A stretch of DNA of 64,000 nt from Hormoscilla sp. (lineage in GTDB: Bacteria > Cyanobacteriota > Cyanobacteriia > Cyanobacteriales > Desertifilaceae): positions 1 to 64,000 of the forward strand of contig JBFRWI010000151.1 in assembly GCA_051439505.1 (NCBI GenBank), read 5' to 3'. The notes beneath the pieces are model-generated. The model was not told where the DNA came from. It ran no database searches and saw only the letters and a list, made by a program, of their open reading frames with translations. This document shows, piece by piece, positions 10,574 through 20,361 of the stretch; positions within the stretch are counted from its first letter, which is position 1; every line of letters begins with the position of its first letter. The position numbers and the translations under genes are program-made.

Positions 10574-10931
10574 CTAGTCTCCCCTATCCCTCGCCCTATA
10601 AGGCCCCCGGTGCTGGCAGATGCTGCTTATTACTAGATAATGGGATCTCGATGCCCGGGCAATTGTTGTCGCCAGTCATCGAGCGTGAGACTTGGCTGTT
10701 TTGGCCGTAAGGGCGGCCCGATCGCGTAGCGGGATTTTTTTACTACCAACAACTGTATGGTTGTTGGTAGTAAAAAAATCCTTCGCCAGATAATCAGGCC
10801 AGAGGTCCTGGCACAGCTGGGGTGACTGACCGAACAGGCGATCGCCTGTTCGGTCAGCGGAAAGGATAGGGTTGGCAAAGTTGCCACCAAAGAGAGAAAA
10901 TGGGCTCACGTCCTCCAAAAAGATTCTGGTT

Positions 10932-11669
10932 GTGAATAACATCCCCACTTTTTCAGATACTAAGCGATCTTTCTATAGCCTCCACACTCGTCCGATCAAT
11001 TCGATCTATCGGCGGGTGGTGGAAGAGTTGATGGTGGAAATGCACTTGCTGTGGGTAAATGTGGATTTTCGCTACGACCCGATCTATGCTTTGGGCGTAG
11101 TATCGTCCTTTGACCAGTTTATGCAGGGCTATGGGCCTTCAGAAGATAAGGTCTCTATTTTTAATTCCCTCTGTAAGGCCCTGGGAGACGATCCGCAACG
11201 ATATCAAGAAGATGCTCAGCGGTTACAATCGGTGGCAAGCAGTTCGTCAGGGCCAGTAATACTGGCGGGTCTTACCCTGTCGGATAGTACACCATCTGCC
11301 GAACAGTTGCGGGAAATGGCCCAGGCGATCGCCTCTAACCCCAAGTTCAAGTACAGCCGTCTGTTTGCCATTGGTCTGTTCAATTTGCTGCAAATGGCCA
11401 ACCCGGAGATGGTGAAAGACGAAAAAGAACTGGCATCTGCGCTGAAACAAGTCTGCGATACCCTGAATTTGCCAAAGGATAAACTGGAAAAAGACCTGGA
11501 GTTGTACCGCTCAAATCTGGACAAAATGAACCAGGCACGCAGTGTAATGGCTGATATTCTCCAGGCCGATCGCAAAAAACAAGAACAGCGCCTGAAGGAA
11601 AAAAAAGCACCATTATCCCAAGGTGACTCGACTGAAGAAGGCCAAGCTTCCGATACTCCCCAAGAGTAA
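10932..11669 (+). CDS. psb29: Photosystem II biogenesis protein Psb29 (Thf1)
   Basis: VNNIPTFSDTKR, RPINSIYRRVVEELMVEMHLL, FKYSRLFAIGL; GTG start at 10932 inferred. Confidence 0.93.
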   Translation: MNNIPTFSDTKRSFYSLHTRPINSIYRRVVEELMVEMHLLWVNVDFRYDPIYALGVVSSFDQFMQGYGPSEDKVSIFNSLCKALGDDPQRYQEDAQRLQSVASSSSGPVILAGLTLSDSTPSAEQLREMAQAIASNPKFKYSRLFAIGLFNLLQMANPEMVKDEKELASALKQVCDTLNLPKDKLEKDLELYRSNLDKMNQARSVMADILQADRKKQEQRLKEKKAPLSQGDSTEEGQASDTPQE

Positions 11670-11727
11670 GAGGGAAGTAGGATTAAGCTAGGTTTAACCT
11701 GGGAGTAAATCCGCAAATAAACAGTCT

Positions 11728-11765
11728 CTCCGAAGAATCCGCTGAATTCAGCGGATTCTTCGGAG
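11728..11765. terminator. Perfect 38-bp palindrome after psb29, probable terminator
   Basis: ctccgaagaatccgctgaattcagcggattcttcggag. Confidence 0.6.
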
Positions 11766-11843
11766 TTAAGTCATCTGGGTGCATCTCATGCTTGAATTCT
11801 TACAAGACCTTGGGTCGCATATCCTAATAATAAGAGAGAGTGA

Positions 11844-12893
11844 ATGGCTATAAGCATCTCCACAGTAGATCTGTTTTGTGGTGCTGGAGGACTAACCTAT
11901 GGGTTTGAGCAAGCAGGTCTTCCAGTCACAGCTGGATATGATATCGATCCCGCGTGTAAGTTTCCATACGAACATAACAATAAAGCCAAATTCCTATGGC
12001 AAGATGTGCAAAATGTCAGCGGTCTTGATTTAGCAGAACATTTTTCTGGAAGCAGTATTAAAGTATTAGCAGGATGCGCCCCTTGTCAGCCATTTTCCAG
12101 TTATTCAAGACGTTATCACGATCGGCAGTCGAAGTGGAAGCTTTTGCAAGATTTTGCTCGTCTGATTGCAGAATGCGAACCTGATATTATTTCAATGGAA
12201 AATGTACTTCAGTTAAAACTTCATTCAGTTTTTCAGGAGTTTATCCTCCAGTTAAAAAAATTAAACTATTGCTTTGAGTATTATGAGGTTAACTGTCTAG
12301 ATTATGGAATTCCTCAATCTCGAAAGCGATTAGTCCTATTTGCTTCAAGATTTGGTAAAATAAACCTAATTGCACCAACACATAACCCAGATACTTACCA
12401 AACAGTCAGACAAACTATTGAAAATCTCGAACCCCTTTCTGCGGGGCAAGCTTCTCAAATAGATCGCCTCCATAGAAGTAGCAAGCTTTCGGCTCTAAAT
12501 CTGCGCCGTATTCGGGCTTCCAAACCAGGAGGAACTTGGCGAGATTGGCCTCAAAACTTAATGGCCAAATGCCACATAAAAAAGAGCGGTAAAACCTATC
12601 CAGCAGTGTATGGTAGAATGGAATGGGATAAACCTAGCCCAACTATTACTACCCAGTGTTTTGGTTTTGGCAATGGTCGGTTTGGTCATCCCGAACAAGA
12701 TAGGGCGATCTCTCTGAGAGAAGCAGCTTTATTACAAACTTTTCCACCAGGATACCAGTTTGTCGCCCCTGATAAACCGGTGCTGTTCTCTCTAGTAGGG
12801 CGATTAATTGGCAATGCCGTGCCTGTCAAACTCGGTCAAGTAATTGCTCATAGTATCCTAAATCATATTGATTTAATTAAGGAGTCCCTGTAG
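11844..12893 (+). CDS. DNA (cytosine-5) methyltransferase
   Basis: Motifs DLFCGAGG (I), APCQPFS (IV), ENV (VI), QSRKR (VIII), IGNAV (X). Confidence 0.95.
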   Translation: MAISISTVDLFCGAGGLTYGFEQAGLPVTAGYDIDPACKFPYEHNNKAKFLWQDVQNVSGLDLAEHFSGSSIKVLAGCAPCQPFSSYSRRYHDRQSKWKLLQDFARLIAECEPDIISMENVLQLKLHSVFQEFILQLKKLNYCFEYYEVNCLDYGIPQSRKRLVLFASRFGKINLIAPTHNPDTYQTVRQTIENLEPLSAGQASQIDRLHRSSKLSALNLRRIRASKPGGTWRDWPQNLMAKCHIKKSGKTYPAVYGRMEWDKPSPTITTQCFGFGNGRFGHPEQDRAISLREAALLQTFPPGYQFVAPDKPVLFSLVGRLIGNAVPVKLGQVIAHSILNHIDLIKESL

Positions 12894-13575
12894 TCGATGA
12901 ATCTAAGTATTCTTGATTTGATAAATATTGTTCAATATTTTGCAGGATTTCCTTTAAATAGCTGACTGTCTTCTTCTTAATCTCTAATAACTCATCTGCG
13001 GTTTTATCTTTCCCTACTTCGGTAAAAGATTTATAGCCATGTGCTAAATCATTCCTATTTGACTTAATGCTCAACAAATCTGCTCCATTACCTGTTTTGG
13101 CATAGTCAGTCTGATATGAAAATCCATATTCATTTGCCGTTTGTTTGATTTTTCTAGCATCAATGTTTCCAGAAAAAAGATCTTTTTTATCAAAGCCAGC
13201 AATAATAATGTCAATAGCAATATCCGTTATGTTTGACAAGATTTTGTCAATATTTCGCTTGTTTAAGTTTTTGAGGACAATTTTTTGAAGTTCAGGTCTA
13301 ATTCGATCGTAGGAAACTCCTTGACTTTGCAATTCATCAAATATTGCTTCGATCGCGTTTCGCATTGTTGCTTCCACTAGGTTATAGAGCAACAGAAAAC
13401 CACTTGCTTTTAACGTCTTGATTAACTCAGAATTAATTTCTTTAATTTTTGGGATTCCTCCCTTACCTTCCATACTTAATTTGGTAGTCCCCTGCTCCAA
13501 ACTCTTCAAGAACATAAAATATTTGCTCACTTCCTGAGAGCGTTCATTGAAGTCCTGAAATAACGTGCTTGTCAT
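12877..13575 (-). CDS. HEPN domain protein (MAE_28990/MAE_18760-like)
   Basis: LLLYNLVEATM helix, FSGNID and Rx4H motif RNDLAH. Confidence 0.82.
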   Translation of the reverse strand: MTSTLFQDFNERSQEVSKYFMFLKSLEQGTTKLSMEGKGGIPKIKEINSELIKTLKASGFLLLYNLVEATMRNAIEAIFDELQSQGVSYDRIRPELQKIVLKNLNKRNIDKILSNITDIAIDIIIAGFDKKDLFSGNIDARKIKQTANEYGFSYQTDYAKTGNGADLLSIKSNRNDLAHGYKSFTEVGKDKTADELLEIKKKTVSYLKEILQNIEQYLSNQEYLDSSTTGTP

Positions 13576-14678
13576 GATTTACCGAGAAGTCGATCGCGAA
13601 CATATTCAATACGCCGAATTACTTTAGGTCTGGAGTTGCTTGCATCTGAGGTAGTATATTCCTTGAATGCTGGTGAGTCAAGCCAGGCCATTGATTTTGG
13701 TTCGAGATCGCTCTTTTTTCTCAAAGCAAGTGCAACACCTACAGAAATTGCCTCGAAGCGAATTCTTGGTGTTCTTACATGACCTTTAGATTTACTAAAT
13801 CCATTGGGAAAGTATTTGTCAACAAAGTCTAACATTTTGTGAAATTCAGAGCGCATAACATCTCGGTCAATTCCATCATTGTTATGTTTTTCTAGATATT
13901 CATTAAGAAACACATTAACCTGTCTTTCAAAATTATGATAGTTATTTAAGTAGGCAAAAAAACGTAACACAAATTCTTCAGGTTCGCGTTTGCGGACAAG
14001 TGCTTCTGATATAGGACATAGTTCAATAAATTTGGGAGTTTTGGCGAGTTCTTCAATAAGTTTGACAAACGGGCCCGGAGATATACCTCGACGCTTCTCC
14101 ATGTCATTTAGTTGGACGCTACCTGTATTGATGCGTTCAAACATATCCCGTCGCGTTTCTTCATCCGCTTTCTCAGTTAGCACAATCATGCGAATGGTAG
14201 CACGGTTGAAGCGTCTCCGCCTTGCCATGGGCAAATCTCTGAATTTGAAGTTGTTAAGATTCTTTAGCTTTTCTAGTCCACACAACTTTAGTTCATTATT
14301 GAGAAATCTGTCTAAAGTACGGATACGTTGGGTGCCATCAACAATTTCTAACCGGGCTAAATCATCTTCATCATCTTCTTGCTTTGGTCGCAGATCGGCA
14401 ACAAAAATATAGGGAATAGGTAGTCCTAGAAAAATTGATTCAATAAACTTTGACTGCCGAGTTTCTTCCCAAATCATATCTCGCTGATAGTCGGGTATAT
14501 ACAACTCATTGGTATCTTCATCCAGTCCATCTCGGTATTTCAGGACAAGCACTTCCACTGGATATTCTTTTGTGTCATAGTCAACTGTTTTTTGCTTTTC
14601 CCTGATTTCTGCTTCTGCTGCTTCTCTTTGTTCGTGTGTAATCTCGGGTTCCGGTGGTATGTTTGGGGCTTTTGGCAT
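13572..14678 (-). CDS. DUF262 (ParB/Srx-like, GmrS-type) protein
   Basis: IPDYQRD, IVDGTQR and FERINTG signature motifs; 4-nt overlap with HEPN gene. Confidence 0.9.
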   Translation of the reverse strand: MPKAPNIPPEPEITHEQREAAEAEIREKQKTVDYDTKEYPVEVLVLKYRDGLDEDTNELYIPDYQRDMIWEETRQSKFIESIFLGLPIPYIFVADLRPKQEDDEDDLARLEIVDGTQRIRTLDRFLNNELKLCGLEKLKNLNNFKFRDLPMARRRRFNRATIRMIVLTEKADEETRRDMFERINTGSVQLNDMEKRRGISPGPFVKLIEELAKTPKFIELCPISEALVRKREPEEFVLRFFAYLNNYHNFERQVNVFLNEYLEKHNNDGIDRDVMRSEFHKMLDFVDKYFPNGFSKSKGHVRTPRIRFEAISVGVALALRKKSDLEPKSMAWLDSPAFKEYTTSDASNSRPKVIRRIEYVRDRLLGKS

Positions 14679-14958
14679 TTAGATCTCCTGTTCTGGCAGA
14701 ATAGTGAATCTAAGGTTTGTATATCTAATATTTTAACCGCTACAGTCTTATGCTAGCGCAAATCTCAAGTTTGACTCTTACTCGGCGATCGACATTTCCT
14801 ATCTTGCGTTCGATATCAAAATGGCCATTTGGGATCTAACTTCCTAAAGATATACTGTAGCATAGCGAAAATCAATGACCATCATGCTATAGGGGCGGGG
14901 CGCCACACAAAATCTCCATCTGATGCCAAAGCATTGGTAACTTTTCGCTAGCAAGGTA

Positions 14959-15600
14959 TCATTTTCCTACTTCCTGAATAGCCCATTCCACGCGGGTTCT
15001 CACAGCTAAATCTTGCTCTGCTGTCAACATTTGCTGAAAATGATCACTTAATAGCGAGTATAGATCGGACTGCTGGCGAGTCACAGCATTAGCCAGCGCT
15101 TGCAACCCCGTAACAGAAGCATAACGTACTACCCATTCAGGGTCTTGGGAAGTGAGCAGCAGAGTTTTTCCGACTCGTTCTTGAACTTGTTTCACCTGTG
15201 CTGCTGGGATTTTAGACCAGAGTAAATTACCTAAACCTTTAGCCGCAGCACGACGAACGCTCATCGAAAAATCAGTTTCTGCTGCTTCTAGCAATGTTTC
15301 TAACGCTCTGGGGTCGCCAATTTCTGCTAATGCTCTAATTGCCCAAGCTCTCCCGCCATAATTATAGTCATCAAGCAGGTTTAGCAATGGCATCACTGCT
15401 ACTTCTCCCAATCGCACTAACCCCTCTACTGCTGCTACTGCTGCACCCGGGTTATTATAGCTGAGGACGGCAATTAAGGTCGGTGCTGCTGACTCTAAAC
15501 GCGCATCTGCTAAAGCTTCTACTGCATCGATTAAACTATCGGAAGAATCTGCTCGATCGACGGCTTTGATTAATTCGCTAGCTAGGGTACTCTGATTCAT
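14959..15600 (-). CDS. cpcF: Phycocyanin alpha-subunit phycocyanobilin lyase CpcF
   Basis: HEAT repeats, LSYNNPGAAVAAV and DYNYGGRAWA; ATG at 15600 (track start lies in a REP). Confidence 0.93.
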   Translation of the reverse strand: MNQSTLASELIKAVDRADSSDSLIDAVEALADARLESAAPTLIAVLSYNNPGAAVAAVEGLVRLGEVAVMPLLNLLDDYNYGGRAWAIRALAEIGDPRALETLLEAAETDFSMSVRRAAAKGLGNLLWSKIPAAQVKQVQERVGKTLLLTSQDPEWVVRYASVTGLQALANAVTRQQSDLYSLLSDHFQQMLTAEQDLAVRTRVEWAIQEVGK

Positions 15601-15635
15601 CTGGAAACTTGAAACTTGAAACTTGAGCAATTTAT

Positions 15636-15730
15636 CTTCGCTGTTATCCCGCCGGGGGTTCAAACCCCCGCGTTACCAGGCGGGAGCCAGGTAACGAGGC
15701 TCAAGTCGGTTAAAATTCAAACCGACTAAT
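15636..15730 (-). repeat. REP-like element, copy B, with an extra inserted hairpin
   Basis: Reverse complement of 2406-2473 with extra cgttacc..ggtaacg hairpin. Confidence 0.85.
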
Positions 15731-15872
15731 ATCAATTCCTTAAAAAGCCATTCACGTGAGGAAGTCGTTGCATTAGTAGGATGTGTACTGCCCACCAGCA
15801 ATATTTTATATACCACCGTTTATAGCTTGGCATTCCCTTTTCTGGCTCCAAAACCGTTAATCGCACATTCTT

Positions 15873-16718
15873 TTATAATAGGTTATCCATCAGGTTCATC
15901 AGATGGATGGCTGTCTCAGACAAGGGCTCAGTTTCTTGGTTTTTGACATGATGCTCTAAAAGTCCTTTCAGAGAAATTAGCTTGAGACTGTTTTCTGCTA
16001 ATGTTTCGGCGATCGCATCTGCTGCGGGCAAATACCCGATCGCCCCCAAGTCAGAAAGAGCCGCCCGTCGCAGTTGCAGCTTTTCCCCTGCCAAAGCTGC
16101 CACCAGGCGATCGCCATATTGCGCCTCTCCCGTCAGTTGATACAATGCCCTGGCCGCGCCGTACTGTTCCAGTTCTAGAGGATGTGCTAGAAATGGTTCA
16201 ATTAGTGGTATTGCTTCAGTCGCCCCCAACTCACCCAAAGCCTCGATCGCCCCATTGTAGGGTTGAGCTAAGTGAGGACATCCCGGTATCGGCATTGCTG
16301 CTGCTAACCCACCTTCTAGCAGTTGCATCAGCTTCGGAATACAACTGCGATCGCCCAACATTCCCAAGGACTGGGCTGCTTTTTCCCGCACGTAAAAATC
16401 CTCGCAGTCCAAACACTCAATCAGTGCGGGCACTGCCGTTTTATCCCCCAGTTTTCCCAGGGCCGTAGCTGCATTTCTGCGCAGGGGATATCCTCCCGAC
16501 TCTGTCCGGTCCTCTTCATCTTCTAAAGCCCCAATTAGCGCCTCAATTGCTTCGGGACTATTGACTCGGAATTTCCCCAGCCACCAAGCAGCATAATAGC
16601 GATCGCCCCGATCTCCGGTTTTGAGATTAGCGATCGCCTTTTCCACCGTTAAAGACACCTCCCCCGCAGACTCACCTGCGGGGGATAAAGATGTCAAATT
16701 TTGTTCTGAGTCAAACAA
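15873..16718 (-). CDS. cpcE: Phycocyanin alpha-subunit phycocyanobilin lyase CpcE
   Basis: RYYAAWWLG, GGYPLRRNAA..LGKLG, AENSLKLISLKGL; TTG start. Confidence 0.94.
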   Translation of the reverse strand: MFDSEQNLTSLSPAGESAGEVSLTVEKAIANLKTGDRGDRYYAAWWLGKFRVNSPEAIEALIGALEDEEDRTESGGYPLRRNAATALGKLGDKTAVPALIECLDCEDFYVREKAAQSLGMLGDRSCIPKLMQLLEGGLAAAMPIPGCPHLAQPYNGAIEALGELGATEAIPLIEPFLAHPLELEQYGAARALYQLTGEAQYGDRLVAALAGEKLQLRRAALSDLGAIGYLPAADAIAETLAENSLKLISLKGLLEHHVKNQETEPLSETAIHLMNLMDNLL

Positions 16719-16729
16719 CTTGCCTTTTC

Positions 16730-16973
16730 CTATTCTCCATCCAAAGTCACAGGTTTGATGCTGACTATTTTCCCACCCATGCGAGTAATTCGTCGCATTT
16801 CTTTATTCATCCGGCTGTAAGGCACTGTCATCATCTGGGTCGCACTCAACCTGATGGGATAGCCCATGCAAGTCTGTTTCCAAGTTTTGACTCAGACCCG
16901 TCACTTCATATTGAAATAAGCGACTCGCTGAAGGGGTGGTTCCCGTTCTGCCATTGACTATTTGACCAAACAT
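16730..16973 (-). pseudogene. cpcD: Rod-capping linker CpcD with a +1 frameshift
   Basis: MFGQ...SRLFQYEVTGL in one frame, YPIRLS...VPYSRMNKEMRRITRMGGKIVSIKP in another; span 244 nt = 243+1; shift near 16862-16870. Confidence 0.85.
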
Positions 16974-17019
16974 CTGCTTCTCTTTGGTAGTTATTAATTG
17001 GGCCAATCTTAATGCAATC

Positions 17020-17145
17020 TTAAATTGGGGTGAAGCTATCACCACGCCCCCAGTTCCAAGCATGACGGGCTGTACCAGCGTGTTTGGCTAATGCTGTTCG
17101 CTCCTTGTCGTTTAGTTTCAGTTCGGTTTTAAAACCTAAGAGCAT
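17020..17145 (-). pseudogene. tnpB: Truncated TnpB (first ~33 aa only)
   Basis: MLLGFKTELKLNDKERTALAKHAGTARHAWNWG is a TnpB N-terminus overlapping the tnpA stop; RuvC region absent. Confidence 0.82.
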
Positions 17146-17851
17146 ATATCCTCCACAGCTTTTGCCATGCTATCAATCAGCTTTTTGTTATTGTTGGAGC
17201 GAGAAGCATAAAGACGTGCAGAGAACAGGGTAATTAGTTCAATCATGTCCGTCACCAACTCTTGATCGAGACTCACCTCCTGAGAAGATTTGTTGATAAT
17301 TACCACTTCAGTTTCAAACTCTTCACACATAGCGAATACAATCTCAGAACCGAAGCGTAATAGTCTGTCTTTGTGAGTCAATACCAGTCTACCCACATCG
17401 CCTCGCATAATACGTTTGAGTAACTTTTGAAGTCCTCTTTTCTGATAATTTAGTCCACTGCCAAGGTCTTTAATCGTTTCGTATTGCCAACCATTAGCAG
17501 CGCTAAAAGCTTCCAAAATATGAGCTTGTCTGGTTAATTCTTCTCGTTGGTCGTGGCTAGAAACACGGGCATAATTAATGGTAATGCGCTGGCTTGGCGA
17601 CTCTATCTTTCTTGGAGTTATGCGCCTAATGTCGGTCAAGTAAAATCGTCTTTGTCCTGAAGGTGAGCGCTCTGAACGGATTTTCCCTGAGTCCGCCCAC
17701 CTCCTCAATGTTTTGGTTGAAACGCCTAATTCTTTGGCGGCCTCTCCAATACTAAGTGTCATTTCTGGTGCTTCCATATCATTCTACTGATCTAGACTAC
17801 ACCACTATTATTACCCAATCCGGTAATAATGTCCAAGGTGTTGGTTACAGC
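17047..17851 (-). mobile_element. Partial IS607-family element (tnpA intact, tnpB and right end deleted)
   Basis: tnpA-tnpB overlap arrangement; left boundary approximate. Confidence 0.75.
17136..17777 (-). CDS. tnpA: IS607-family serine transposase TnpA
   Basis: MerR-type HTH (LGVSTKTLRRW) plus serine recombinase motifs YARVSS, DLGSGLN, DRLLRFG. Confidence 0.93.
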   Translation of the reverse strand: MEAPEMTLSIGEAAKELGVSTKTLRRWADSGKIRSERSPSGQRRFYLTDIRRITPRKIESPSQRITINYARVSSHDQREELTRQAHILEAFSAANGWQYETIKDLGSGLNYQKRGLQKLLKRIMRGDVGRLVLTHKDRLLRFGSEIVFAMCEEFETEVVIINKSSQEVSLDQELVTDMIELITLFSARLYASRSNNNKKLIDSMAKAVEDICS

Positions 17852-17931
17852 TTCTTACCCTCTATATTATCGCAATTCTCGCCCCTCATTTCTGCATACT
17901 CTGCTGAGTCAATGCCAACGAGTTAATAAAC

Positions 17932-17991
17932 TGCCCGGAAAAGCACCCAACTGCTAACTTTTTTGCTAGCAGCTGATTTCCTTTCCGGGCA
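17932..17991 (-). terminator. Stem-loop downstream of cpcA
   Basis: tgcccggaaa...tttccgggca inverted repeat directly after the cpcA stop. Confidence 0.7.
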
Positions 17992-18004
17992 ACTTGCTAC
18001 ATGT

Positions 18005-18493
18005 CTAGCTCAGAGCATTAATTGCGTAGTCCAGGTAAGAATTCGCTTCCACTGCTGGATCTCCAGATAGGCCGTGGTTTGCCTTAATATGCTTCAGAGC
18101 TTCGATGTACCAGCTGGGAGACAATTCAAACGTCCGATTGATTTCATCAATGCCAGCAAGTAGGTACTCATCCATCGGTCCCGTGCCTCCGGCAACCAAG
18201 CAGTAGGTGACCATGCGCAGGTAGTAGCCAATGTCGCGAGCGCACTTTTGCTTCCCTACTTCGCTAGATGCATAGTTCGGACCCTGCATTTGCGTGGTGT
18301 AGGGGAACTTGTTGTACACCGCTTGGGCTGCCCCATTAATCAACCCGCTTGCATTGGCCGTCAATTTCTTTGCTGCTTCCAAGCTTGCCGTTGCTTGCTT
18401 GAACCGACCAAAAGCGATTTGGATCTCGGTGCTGCTCAGAAAGCGACCTTGTGAATCTGCTGCCGATACTGCTTCTGTCAGAGGTGTCTTCAT
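18005..18493 (-). CDS. cpcA: Phycocyanin alpha subunit
   Basis: [31 protein letters not shown]; 162 aa. Confidence 0.98.
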   Translation of the reverse strand: MKTPLTEAVSAADSQGRFLSSTEIQIAFGRFKQATASLEAAKKLTANASGLINGAAQAVYNKFPYTTQMQGPNYASSEVGKQKCARDIGYYLRMVTYCLVAGGTGPMDEYLLAGIDEINRTFELSPSWYIEALKHIKANHGLSGDPAVEANSYLDYAINALS

Positions 18494-18564
18494 TGTTGAG
18501 ATTTTTTCCCGATTTTTTTACAACTTGTTCAATGCTTAGTCAAAAATACCAATTGCGCGTATGC

Positions 18565-19083
18565 TTAGCCAACTGCTGCTGCTGCGCGATCGAAGTAGGT
18601 AGCAATTTCCGCCATCAGGGAGGTGCAATCGCCGGGGGTAATTCCGTTCCGGTCATTTGCGATCGCCAGCGCGGCTTCCTTCATCTTTTCTACCCCTACT
18701 GCCACAGAAGCACCTGGTGTACCCAGTGCCAAGTAGGTTTCCTTCAGACCATTCAAGCACCGGTCTTCCAGCACGCTAGCATCACCTGCAAAAATTGCGT
18801 AGGTTACATAGCGCAGGATGATTTCCATATCCCGCAGGCAAGCTGCCATCCGCCGGCTGGTGTATGCGTTTCCACCAGGAGCAATCAACTGGGGCTGCTC
18901 CGCGAACAGCGAACGAGCGGCGTTAGCAACAATAGTGGAAGCGTTGCTGGTAATCCGGTTTACCGCATCCATCCGCTTGTTGCTTTCTGCCACCATAGCT
19001 CCCAGAGCCTCTAGCTGGGCTGTGCTCAGCATTTCGCCCCGGGCATCAGCCTGAGAAATCACCTTTGTGAATGCATCGAACAT
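18565..19083 (-). CDS. cpcB: Phycocyanin beta subunit
   Basis: [35 protein letters not shown]; 172 aa. Confidence 0.98.
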   Translation of the reverse strand: MFDAFTKVISQADARGEMLSTAQLEALGAMVAESNKRMDAVNRITSNASTIVANAARSLFAEQPQLIAPGGNAYTSRRMAACLRDMEIILRYVTYAIFAGDASVLEDRCLNGLKETYLALGTPGASVAVGVEKMKEAALAIANDRNGITPGDCTSLMAEIATYFDRAAAAVG

Positions 19084-19349
19084 CGATTCTATCTCCTATA
19101 ACTTGCGTGTTTTCGGTGCCATCGGGAGCGGATAGTAATAGGCTGCTCGGGCAACCTCTACTTACAGACAATCTACCCAACCACCTACTTAACTTTTTCA
19201 CCTGCCTGCACTACAGTCTACCGGCAGGAACTGCCTTTTTCTCATCTGAGACACGATAACTTCATCTTTCTCATAGAGTTGCTGGCGGTGCTTGTCTTTC
19301 GGTGTCTTGGCTTAGTGAGCGGTCTGCTCTCTTTACCCTCCACTTTTCC

Positions 19350-19395
19350 TTTATACAATGATGGCGTGCTCTTGTTTGTTACGTTTTGTTACGAT
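19350..19395 (-). promoter_or_regulatory. Putative cpcB promoter with HLR1-like direct repeat
   Basis: TGTATAAA -10-like element on minus strand and GTTACGTT-tt-GTTACGAT repeat at 19378-19395 resembling the RpaB HLR1 motif. Confidence 0.5.
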
Positions 19396-19453
19396 TTTAA
19401 ATTTTTTGGTCTTTGTTCGGGGCCCGATCGCAAGCCAAACCCTTGTCACAGAG

Positions 19454-20200
19454 CTAAAGGCTAATCAGGCCCCAGGCCGCTAACGCTACCGCGATCGTTC
19501 CTCCCGCCAACAGCACGCCACCGGTTATTGTAATCACCTTTCCAGCCAGACGAGCCGCTTTTGGATAAGGGGGCTTCTGCCACTCCCAAATGTATGTTTT
19601 GACTTTGGCTTGGAAGTATCCCAGTTGCTCCAGTTGCTGGCGATAGTCCTCTCCATAGCGTGGCATCCGAGCAAAGGGCAACTCTCCTATCCCGCGCTGG
19701 GGTAATATCCGCCGCCGCTGATATGGCACCGTCTCTTCCCCAAAGTTTTGCTGGTACTCCTCGCTATCTAGCAAGGCATCGATGAACCCTGGCAGCCCTT
19801 TGGTTGCCAGTACAATTGACCAGGCTAGCTTCTCCCGATCGTTGTACAGTTCCCGTCCCAGGATGCGCTGCACGCACATCTGGACAAACCGGTAGTTGTT
19901 GTTGCACTCATAATTACGCCGGCGGAATGGCTCGGAAGTCGCCAGACCCCGAATGAATTCCCGCACTGTGATCTGACCAAATCTCAGCTGGGATTCTAAG
20001 AATGTTTGCCGGTTGCTGGTCAGTAACTGTTGTTCGTTAAATATCTGGCGATAGCCTGCCCAGATCAACTCATCCATTTCCGTACCTGCTAGCAGGTTTT
20101 CGGCTGTGTAAATTCTGGGCTGCTCATCTCCTGGTATTTCATATCCCGCTACCCGCTGGTTTTGGCTTGATGCCGGATAGCTGAGTAATGGAATTGCCAA
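19454..20200 (-). CDS. cpcL: Rod-membrane linker CpcL (CpcG family with hydrophobic C-terminal tail)
   Basis: MAIPLLSY..SQNQRV start, PBS linker domain, VPYQRRR, C-terminal hydrophobic segment VITITGGVLLAGGTIAVALAAWGLI. Confidence 0.88.
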   Translation of the reverse strand: MAIPLLSYPASSQNQRVAGYEIPGDEQPRIYTAENLLAGTEMDELIWAGYRQIFNEQQLLTSNRQTFLESQLRFGQITVREFIRGLATSEPFRRRNYECNNNYRFVQMCVQRILGRELYNDREKLAWSIVLATKGLPGFIDALLDSEEYQQNFGEETVPYQRRRILPQRGIGELPFARMPRYGEDYRQQLEQLGYFQAKVKTYIWEWQKPPYPKAARLAGKVITITGGVLLAGGTIAVALAAWGLISL

Positions 20201-20361
20201 TCGCTCGCCTCCTTCTGTACATGTACCTATTTTCTGGTTCCTTAAAGATTAAGCGATCGAGTTCACATAAGTCTTGCTTTTGTTACAAATCTTAAAAAAA
20301 GTTGAACTTATGTAATCCTTTCACTACCGGTTGACCAGCAGCGTCGCCCCAGCTAACCCCA

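Noticed and set aside
16803..17063. 86-aa ORF as an intact gene
   Set aside because: Chimera of upstream sequence and the first half of frameshifted cpcD
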